Positions 27,833 to 35,486 of a stretch of 64,000 nucleotides of DNA are shown here, piece after piece. A model generated the notes under the pieces. That model had not been told where the DNA came from, did no database searches, and saw nothing but the letters and a program-made list of their open reading frames with translations. Position numbers and translations under genes: made by a program. This DNA comes from Candidatus Moraniibacteriota bacterium (GTDB lineage Bacteria; Patescibacteriota; Minisyncoccia; Moranbacterales; DUUL01): NCBI GenBank assembly GCA_041583775.1, contig JBFHFF010000003.1, forward strand, positions 28,547 through 92,546, written 5' to 3'. Position 1 is the first letter of the stretch, and every line of letters begins with the position of its first letter.

Positions 27833-28102
27833 ATGTTGGGTATAATTTTTTCAAGTAGCCCTTTAAGTTATTTAAAGTTTTTTTGATTTTCATTGACAAA
27901 TGAACACTGAAGGTGATACCATTTAAGCTAGAAACAGAAGAAAAAATAAAAATGAAAAAATTTTAATAAGTAAAAGAAGAATCGCTTGGTAAGGGAAAGT
28001 GGTGTGGTTGTGTTATTGCTTTAATTCTAGCAAGCAATTATTTATTAGTTGAGGAAAATGGGTTTAGTTTTAGGATAGATAATATGATTAATTTTTTGTT
28101 CC

Positions 28103-28798
28103 ATGTATTACGATAAATTTATCGAATTTGCGATTATACGAGGTGGAGTACCGGATGCAACGGTTGTGCTTATTTTAATGTTGCCAATTGTTGTTACGAT
28201 AATAGCGTTTTTTAGACAAGTGATTGGAATTAAGGCATTTGGTATTTACACCCCTGCCCTTATAACATTTGCATTTGCTGCGATTGGCTCAGAAGCAGAA
28301 AGTGTTTGGAAGGGTGGTGTCTACGGAGTCACCATTTTCATTGCTGTTATTTTTGTGGGGACAATGGTGAGATATGTTTTGAAGGGATTTCGCCTTTTAT
28401 ATCTTCCAAGAGTGGCACTGCTTATTACTATTGTTTCGTTATCAACTCTAGTTCTTTTAATAATTGGGGGAATGTCTCAAAGGACTGGGTTAGCAAGCGT
28501 TTCCATTTTTCCGATTTTGATTATGATTGCACTTGTTGAAAAATTTGTAGCAACTCAAATCGAAAAAGGTGCTAGAGCTGCAATCATTCTTTCATTTGAA
28601 ACATTGTTAATTTCATTAGTTTGTTATGCTGTTTTGACATGGGAGTCTTTGATTAGATTTGTATCGGTACATTCCTGGGTCGTGCTTTTTACAATTATAA
28701 TAAATATCTTTCTTGGAAAATGGACGGGACTTCGTTTAAGTGAAATGTTTAGATTTAAAGATGTTATCAAAAATGCTGAACACAATGATAAGAACTAA
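28103..28798 (+). CDS. Polytopic (about 7 TM) membrane protein of the type associated with RimK-like ligase/protease systems (7TM_transglut-like)
   Basis: 231 aa with about 6-7 hydrophobic helices. Its 3' end overlaps the ATP-grasp/protease gene. This is the canonical 7TM partner position in the three-component ATP-grasp/retropepsin systems. Confidence 0.5.
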   Translation: MYYDKFIEFAIIRGGVPDATVVLILMLPIVVTIIAFFRQVIGIKAFGIYTPALITFAFAAIGSEAESVWKGGVYGVTIFIAVIFVGTMVRYVLKGFRLLYLPRVALLITIVSLSTLVLLIIGGMSQRTGLASVSIFPILIMIALVEKFVATQIEKGARAAIILSFETLLISLVCYAVLTWESLIRFVSVHSWVVLFTIIINIFLGKWTGLRLSEMFRFKDVIKNAEHNDKN

Positions 28799-30176
28799 GG
28801 GAATTCTGGGAATGAATGCCCGGAACCTAAAATATATAAGACCATACAATCTTAAGGGTCCAAAGCGTTTAGCAGATGATAAACTTCGTTGCAAGAACGT
28901 TTTTAAAAAAGGTGGAATTCCAGTGCCAGAGTTGATTGCTAAAATTAAAACAAAAGAAGAGCTTGATAAATTTGATTTCTCTTCTTTGCCAAACAGTTTC
29001 GTTTTGAAACCGAACTTTGGTTTTGGTGGGGAGGGAATTTTGGTTGTTTATGGAAAGAAAAAAAAGAAAGATAATGTTTGGGTGAAAGCAAATAGAGATC
29101 CGGTAACGGAGGATGACTTAAGAACTCACATTTGGAATATTTTAGATGGTTCTTTTTCTCGAACTAACACTGCTGATATTGCATTTTTCGAAGAAAGAAT
29201 TCAACTTTTAAAACTTTTTAAGCCGTATGCATTTAAGGGAATTCCTGATATTCGCGTAATTGTTTTCAATCGCGTTCCAGTTATGGCAATGCTCAGACTT
29301 CCAACAGAAGCTTCTGGTGGAACTTCAAACGTTCATCAAGGAGGAATCGCTGTTGGAATTGATATGGCTACAGGTGTAACAACAACAGCCATTCAATATA
29401 ACCGTACAGTTGAATATGCCCCAGGAACAAGATTGCTTTTGAGCGGAATCAGAATTCCAAATTGGAAGGAGATATTAAGGTTAGCAATCAAATCACAGGA
29501 TGTTTCAAAATTGGGCTATTTAGGTGCTGATATTGCAATTGATAGAATTAAGGGACCAGTTTTTATGGAAATCAACGCCCGTCCAGGTCTTGCAATTCAA
29601 AATGCCAACCAAGATGGACTTCTTTCCCGTCTTCAGAGAGTTGAGGGCTTGAAAGTGAAAACTGTTTCACAGGGCGCCGCTTTAGCACAGAATCTTTTTG
29701 GAGGAGAAATCGAAGAAGAGATTGAGGAGCTCTCGGGAAAGAAAATTATTGGCTTGATTGAGAAAGTGAAACTGAAAAGTACTGACGGAAGGATTATCGA
29801 AATAGAAGCAAAGATAGATACAGGGGCAGATTCTTCTTCAATTGACACTGAGTTGGCAAGACAACTAGGTTTTGGCTCGACAATTGATGAGTTTCATAAG
29901 ATAGATATTTCTGGATATGATATTTTGCCCGAAAAAGAGAAAAAAATAAAAGAAGATTTTATGAAAAAATTTGGAGAACAAGTTCCAAATTTAGAAAATA
30001 TTGCAGTTGTTTTTTCTTCCTCAGGAAAATCAATTCGTCCTGTTGTTAAATGTTTATTCTCCATGGATGATGAGGTAGTAATATCCAAGATGAATATTAC
30101 AGATAGAAGTAAATTGAAATACCAAATGATTGTTGGAAGAAAGGATTTGAAGAAATTTTTAATTGAAATCAGCTAA
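28785..30176 (+). CDS. Alpha-L-glutamate-ligase-like ATP-grasp enzyme fused to a C-terminal retropepsin-like aspartic protease domain (DUF785/Zn_protease type). The track ORF starts at 28740; an internal start at MIRTKGILGMNARN is likely.
   Basis: The N-terminus (GILGMNARNLKYIRPYN...DDKL...K) matches the rimK-related ligase family start. ATP-grasp core (GFGGEGI, ...EINARPG). C-terminal ~140 aa carry a retropepsin-like aspartyl-protease DTGA motif (GRIIEIEAKIDTGADSSSID). Confidence 0.7.
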   Translation: MIRTKGILGMNARNLKYIRPYNLKGPKRLADDKLRCKNVFKKGGIPVPELIAKIKTKEELDKFDFSSLPNSFVLKPNFGFGGEGILVVYGKKKKKDNVWVKANRDPVTEDDLRTHIWNILDGSFSRTNTADIAFFEERIQLLKLFKPYAFKGIPDIRVIVFNRVPVMAMLRLPTEASGGTSNVHQGGIAVGIDMATGVTTTAIQYNRTVEYAPGTRLLLSGIRIPNWKEILRLAIKSQDVSKLGYLGADIAIDRIKGPVFMEINARPGLAIQNANQDGLLSRLQRVEGLKVKTVSQGAALAQNLFGGEIEEEIEELSGKKIIGLIEKVKLKSTDGRIIEIEAKIDTGADSSSIDTELARQLGFGSTIDEFHKIDISGYDILPEKEKKIKEDFMKKFGEQVPNLENIAVVFSSSGKSIRPVVKCLFSMDDEVVISKMNITDRSKLKYQMIVGRKDLKKFLIEIS

Positions 30177-30192
30177 TCCTTGAAAGAAAAAA

Positions 30193-31845
30193 ATGTTTAA
30201 AGAAAATCAATTTCTGAGAAAAATTAGTGAAAGAGAGGGGAATAATGGGAAAGTAGTTGAATATTCCGAGAAAGCATATGATGATTTGGATGAAAATGTT
30301 AAAAATAGATTTTTAGAAAAAAAACAAAAAGAACTTGGTTTCAGCTATGTTAACGGTGGAGAAGAGACCTCTATTTTGATTTCTGGCTCACACGCCGCAG
30401 ATTTAGCAAAAACTAGTTTAAACATAGATAAAGATGAGATAGAATTCCTAAACAAGGAAGAGGAAAGAGGAGAGAGATATCGAATGGATGATGATGAAAA
30501 GTTGATGATAGGGAAACATTATATTAACGCTTCAGTGAGGGAGAAAAAAATAGGAGAATACAAGGCAGATTCTGGTGTTAGTGCAATGGGTATCGAATTG
30601 CAAGACGATTTAATATTAAAAGATTCAAAGAGGGCTCCAAACTTATTGTTATATGAACTGCCACAAGTTTTTTCGGAACCAAACAAGGTTGATTCAAAAA
30701 GTAGGCCAATGGCAGTGGTTGATTTGTCTGTGTATAATAAATTTGGAATTCATAAGTTAGAACAATTTATAACAAGAAAAGGAGTGAGTTCCATAACCTC
30801 AGAAGAAGTAGCGCTTGTTAGGAGAGGAGACTATTCTAAAATTTCCGAAGATGAAATTGACTTAGATAAGAAAGGGGCCCTATTGGAGTGTGAAAAAATT
30901 GTTCAGGATTCAAAAGGGGACGAAGGAAAATATAGAAAAATCATAGCTTCTTTGGGAATTTTAAAAATTCACAGGAAATATTATGAGAAACAAGAAGAAT
31001 TATTATATGGAAATCCAGATGCTAAATTCCCAATAAATCTGGATATACACACAGCGTTTGATTCTCTAAAACAAGAAGAAGGCTTTGACGCTATCATAGG
31101 GTCACGAATGGGAAGTAGCGTTAGTGACCCAGAAGTTGAAATGCTATTCTCTTTAATTCTGAAAAAACATGGATTTAAAGTAAATCTTTCAAGTTTTAAC
31201 AATTTCCCCATAAAAGCTGGTGAAAAAGAAAAGGATGGGCTCAGGAGACTCTTGGAATCGACAAAAGCAATTTTGAGTCAGGAACAAGTGCAATTGCTTG
31301 ATGGAACTGAAGAAATGAAACAAAAGGAAGATGTCCTGGCACATTTAGATATTTTATTTGATAGAAGATTGGAAAAAATGGGAGATTCTAGAAAGCTTTT
31401 GTTAAGATTTTTAGACTGGAAAGATAAGCAAAACTTAGTTAATGAAAATAGTACAGATGATGAAATTAGGGATATTGCAAAGAAAGTTTTTCTAGAGGAA
31501 GCTACTGAATTTTCCTTGGAAAATCTTGTTCTTTTATTAAAACAAAACCTAGTTAATTTATTTTTAAGTGGCAAAACTCATGATGATCGCTTTAGAGGTG
31601 GTTTAATGGGCCTTTCATCTTTGCAGGATAAATTTGATGCCAAGGATAAATATGAAAAAGCTAGGGGTAGTAAAATTAATCCAGAGATTTTTCAAATAGA
31701 AATTATTGCAAGTATCATGAAGAATAAAAGCAAAAGAAAGGATTTTGAAGATGCTATAGAAGAATTTTTTAGTTTGGTGCAACAGAAAGATTTTGAGCCC
31801 AAAGAAGTGTTGAAAAAAATAATAAATCAACAGAATTTTAAATGA
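30193..31845 (+). CDS. Hypothetical 550-aa acidic/charged protein with no recognisable domain, embedded in the ATP-grasp operon
   Basis: Open frame with an ATGA stop/start overlap to the next ATP-grasp gene. Highly Glu/Lys/Asp-rich. No motifs recognised. Confidence 0.45.
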   Translation: MFKENQFLRKISEREGNNGKVVEYSEKAYDDLDENVKNRFLEKKQKELGFSYVNGGEETSILISGSHAADLAKTSLNIDKDEIEFLNKEEERGERYRMDDDEKLMIGKHYINASVREKKIGEYKADSGVSAMGIELQDDLILKDSKRAPNLLLYELPQVFSEPNKVDSKSRPMAVVDLSVYNKFGIHKLEQFITRKGVSSITSEEVALVRRGDYSKISEDEIDLDKKGALLECEKIVQDSKGDEGKYRKIIASLGILKIHRKYYEKQEELLYGNPDAKFPINLDIHTAFDSLKQEEGFDAIIGSRMGSSVSDPEVEMLFSLILKKHGFKVNLSSFNNFPIKAGEKEKDGLRRLLESTKAILSQEQVQLLDGTEEMKQKEDVLAHLDILFDRRLEKMGDSRKLLLRFLDWKDKQNLVNENSTDDEIRDIAKKVFLEEATEFSLENLVLLLKQNLVNLFLSGKTHDDRFRGGLMGLSSLQDKFDAKDKYEKARGSKINPEIFQIEIIASIMKNKSKRKDFEDAIEEFFSLVQQKDFEPKEVLKKIINQQNFK

Positions 31846-33617
31846 AAATTTCAGTAATAACCAAAAAAGAAACTTGGCAAACAAGGGAGTTGCAGAAAGA
31901 GTCTCGTAAAATGGGAATAGAGTTGGAGCTGAGAGATTTGGAGAATCTAAACCAGGGGATTGATGAGCTTGGGGATGTTGTGTTTTGGAGAGCAAATTCA
32001 ATGAATCTGTTCGATGGCGGAGCAGCTACAATTTCTCTTATCAAAAAGAGTGGTAGAATTATTGTGAGTCAAGGTATTTCAGAATTTCCATTTATTAGGA
32101 ACAAGCTTTTTCAGCAGAAATTTATAGAGGGTTTCAGTGGTATTAACACTATTGAAACATTTACTTTTGCAAACAAAGAAGATCTTGCCAGCTCTTTAGA
32201 AGAAGGAATTTTAAATTTTCCTTTTGTTCAAAAACCAGCAGTAGGCAGAAGAGGCGAGGGTGTTAAACTAATAGATTCTTGTGAATCTATGGAAAAACAA
32301 AGAGGTGAATATAGTAAAGTTGTTTATCAAAATTTTATAAAAAACAAAGGTGATTTTAGAGTGTTGGTATTGGGAGGAAAACCTCTCGGCGCAATAAAAA
32401 GGGTTGCAAGAAAAGGAAGCTTTTTAAATAATTTTTCTAAGGGAGGGACTTGCACCAACATTGATGATAAGGAAGTTAGAGAAATTTTGTTTGGAATTGC
32501 GATTAAAGTTGCTTCATATTTTAAATTAGCTTTTTGTGGTGTAGATATTATTTTTGATGAAAATAAAAAAAAGTATTTCTTCTTGGAAGTAAATACTCTC
32601 CCTCAATGGGAGGGTTTTCAGGGTGCTACAAATATTAATGTTTCTTTTGAGTTGCTGAATTTTTTTAAAGTTATGCACGAGAGGGGGAGAAGGGGTAGTA
32701 GAGAATTGGTATCCGAATATTATGAGGATAATTTAGACAAGCTTAGTTTTGAGAAGTCTTTTCATTATATTTCACGTTTGTTTCTTTGGGAAAACAGAAA
32801 AGAACTGTCAGTAAAATTAGAGTGTTTTAAGCAGGGTTTTATTGGTGAAACAGAAGATGATATTTTGGGAAATTTTAGAAAAACTTTTTCTGAAGTTGAA
32901 AAATATCAAGAAAGAGTGAAAAATGATATTTCAGCCAGAGAAAAATATATCAAAAAGTATCCTTTGCTGGGAGTTTATAATAGAATATTGTTTCAAGCGC
33001 TTATATCTAAAACAGTCTATAAAAAGGATGTGGCTGATATAGTTTCAAAAGTTTTGGACAGGGAACATGCTCTTAAAATGAGAGATGAACTCATGGGAGA
33101 TGAGGAGGCACTAAAATCTCTTTCTACGCATGCAATTAATTTTCTTTATTTTTCACAAGAGATTTTTGGTAAATTTTTTGAAGTCGATGTAAAAAAGTTA
33201 CACAGAATTTCAATTAGCGATTTTGGGAAGAGCGATGAGAGTTTGCTGCTTAAAATTTATTTCTTAACACACTGTATTATTGGTGAGTCGAGATTTTATT
33301 CTCAAGCAGTTAATGATGAAAAGGGTATTTATACAGAGATGATAAAAGCACTTGAAGAAATTATTAAAGAAAATTATTTTAGAGTTAGTTTGGACAATAA
33401 AATGGAGTTTCTTGTTTGTTCAAGAATGTGTGGCTTTAAGTCCTCAGTTGAGAAAATTTTGATTGCAGAGGCAGAAAGCTCTATGTCAGAAATTGGAAAC
33501 TATATTGTTGATATTTTAAATGCAAAAGGGGGGGATAAAAGAAAAAAAGATTTTTGGAACTCAGAACATAGAAATGTTTTATATTTAATGGCTACAAGTA
33601 AACTAAAAAAATGGTAA
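31842..33617 (+). CDS. RimK-family ATP-grasp ligase with a ~300-aa C-terminal all-helical extension of unknown function
   Basis: N-terminal ~290 aa are RimK-like (MKISVITKKETWQTRELQKESRKMGIELELRD...GDFRVLVLGGKPLGAIKRVARKGSFLNNFSKGGTCTNI...FFLEVNTLPQWEGF). The C-terminal 300 aa have no recognisable motif. Confidence 0.65.
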   Translation: MKISVITKKETWQTRELQKESRKMGIELELRDLENLNQGIDELGDVVFWRANSMNLFDGGAATISLIKKSGRIIVSQGISEFPFIRNKLFQQKFIEGFSGINTIETFTFANKEDLASSLEEGILNFPFVQKPAVGRRGEGVKLIDSCESMEKQRGEYSKVVYQNFIKNKGDFRVLVLGGKPLGAIKRVARKGSFLNNFSKGGTCTNIDDKEVREILFGIAIKVASYFKLAFCGVDIIFDENKKKYFFLEVNTLPQWEGFQGATNINVSFELLNFFKVMHERGRRGSRELVSEYYEDNLDKLSFEKSFHYISRLFLWENRKELSVKLECFKQGFIGETEDDILGNFRKTFSEVEKYQERVKNDISAREKYIKKYPLLGVYNRILFQALISKTVYKKDVADIVSKVLDREHALKMRDELMGDEEALKSLSTHAINFLYFSQEIFGKFFEVDVKKLHRISISDFGKSDESLLLKIYFLTHCIIGESRFYSQAVNDEKGIYTEMIKALEEIIKENYFRVSLDNKMEFLVCSRMCGFKSSVEKILIAEAESSMSEIGNYIVDILNAKGGDKRKKDFWNSEHRNVLYLMATSKLKKW

Positions 33618-34501
33618 AAAACTTCCTAATACTCTCGAGTGAGGGTGTGAAATTTGACTTTAGAAACAAAAGATTATCAGAAGAGATAGAAAAGAAAGGG
33701 TCCAGATTCGATATTGTTTTTGTTCAGGATCTTAGTATTTCTTGTGATAAAGTCGTTTTCAGAGATGAAGAAATAGATTTTTATAAATATGATTATATTA
33801 TCTCGGTAGGAACTCCTGATGCAAATCTTTACATAATTGATTTAGCAACTAAAAAAAATCCAAAAATTAAAGCCTGGCCAAATGTCCAGAACCATGGAAT
33901 GGTAGATAAATTTACAGAAGGAACGACTCTTGAGGCTATTGGAATCCCAATTCCGAAGACCACCCTCCTCGCTTTTTTGGAAGATGATTATATAAATAAA
34001 GAGGCTGAAATTGTCGGAGGTTTTCCTTGTGTGGCCAAAAAAGTTACAGGTGCTTCTGGAGATTATGTTGAGTTGGTTAATTCTTCTGATGAAATAAAAA
34101 AGTTTATTGAAAAACTTTCGGTTCCAAGCATAATTGGCAAAAGAAATATAATTTTACAAGAATATATAGAAGAGTCAAAGGGGACAGACTTTAGAGTTTA
34201 CTGTGTTGGAGATAAAGTTCTTGGTGCAATAAAAAGAACCGCCAAAGACGGCGGATTTAAAGCAAATGTCTCTTTGGGTGGAGATGCCGAAAAGGCTGAA
34301 ATTTCGAAAGAAATGAAGGAATATGCCCAAAAGATCATGCAAGCTAGTGGGCTTATGTTTGCTGGTATAGATTTTATCAAAAGCAATAGAGGTTATTTAG
34401 TTTTGGAGATAAATATATCAGCAAACTTTCAAGGATTTGAAACTGCAACCGGAGTTAATGTCGCAGGAGAAATTATTGAGAAATTCTTGGCATATGAATA
34501 G
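33611..34501 (+). CDS. RimK-family ATP-grasp ligase, paralog 3
   Basis: 296 aa, RimK-sized. ATP-grasp blocks GTDFRVYCVGDKVLGAIKRTAKDGGFKANVSLGG and GYLVLEINISANFQGFE. 7-nt overlap with the upstream gene. Confidence 0.75.
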   Translation: MVKNFLILSSEGVKFDFRNKRLSEEIEKKGSRFDIVFVQDLSISCDKVVFRDEEIDFYKYDYIISVGTPDANLYIIDLATKKNPKIKAWPNVQNHGMVDKFTEGTTLEAIGIPIPKTTLLAFLEDDYINKEAEIVGGFPCVAKKVTGASGDYVELVNSSDEIKKFIEKLSVPSIIGKRNIILQEYIEESKGTDFRVYCVGDKVLGAIKRTAKDGGFKANVSLGGDAEKAEISKEMKEYAQKIMQASGLMFAGIDFIKSNRGYLVLEINISANFQGFETATGVNVAGEIIEKFLAYE

Positions 34502-34529
34502 GCGTAATTATTATTCTTAAATAACACAC

Positions 34530-35423
34530 ATGAAGCATTTTTTAATTATATTCAAGGATAAAGTGAAAAGCGGATATAGAATTGATAGAGTTGTCACAGA
34601 GATAAAAAACGCTGGGCACGATGTTGATTTGGTTTGTAGTGTTGGAATGAAAATTACGGCTGCAGGCTTTTTGGTAGACAATAAAATTTTGAATTTGGCT
34701 AAGTACGATATCGTTTTTTCGATTGGCAATGGTGAACTACAGCATCAGCTTGCTACAGTTATTTCCTGTTATACCAAATCAGTTTTCTGGCCTGATAAAG
34801 AAGCTCTTTTTTATGATGATAAATTTAATGAAGCAGTTTTTATGGAGTCAATTGGTGTGCCTAAGCCGAAAACAATATTATTGACAAGTACGAAAAGTAA
34901 AGATATTGATGATTTGATTAAAGAGGTCGAGGGGTACCCATGCATTATTAAAAAAGCTATGGGCTCAGGAGGAGAATTTGTCGAGCTAGCGAATTCTAGC
35001 TCTGATGTATTGGATTTTTTAGATAAAGTGCCACATCCAAGTATAAGTGGAAAAAGAAACATTATTTTGCAAGAATACATAAAAGAATCAAAAGGCACTG
35101 ATTTTAGGGTTTTTTGTGTGGGAGAAAAAGTTCTCGGTACAATTAAAAGGACATCCAGAAACGGTGGATTTAAGGCAAATGTTTCTTTAGGAGGAAAAGC
35201 AGAGAAAGTTGAAATTTCTAAAGAGATGAAGGCATATGCTAAAAAGATTATGAAAGAGAGTAAACTTCTGATTGCTGGGATTGATTTCATAAAAAGCAAT
35301 AGAGGTTATTTAGTTTTGGAGATAAATATATCACCCGGTATTGAAGGTTTTGAAAAGGCAACCGGAGTTAATGTAGCTAAAAAGATTGTTTTAGGACTTC
35401 TCGAAAGAACACAACAAAAATAG
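34530..35423 (+). CDS. RimK-family ATP-grasp ligase, paralog 4 (recent tandem duplicate of 33611..34501)
   Basis: 297 aa. The C-terminal half is largely identical to paralog 3 (GTDFRVFCVGEKVLGTIKRTSRNGGFKANVSLGGKAEKVEISKEMKAYAKKIM...IDFIKSNRGYLVLEINIS). Confidence 0.75.
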   Translation: MKHFLIIFKDKVKSGYRIDRVVTEIKNAGHDVDLVCSVGMKITAAGFLVDNKILNLAKYDIVFSIGNGELQHQLATVISCYTKSVFWPDKEALFYDDKFNEAVFMESIGVPKPKTILLTSTKSKDIDDLIKEVEGYPCIIKKAMGSGGEFVELANSSSDVLDFLDKVPHPSISGKRNIILQEYIKESKGTDFRVFCVGEKVLGTIKRTSRNGGFKANVSLGGKAEKVEISKEMKAYAKKIMKESKLLIAGIDFIKSNRGYLVLEINISPGIEGFEKATGVNVAKKIVLGLLERTQQK

Positions 35424-35486
35424 CTGGCAAAAATAAAACAAACTTGTTAGAATAAAGAGAATAAAAATATTAACAAATTTTAATAT

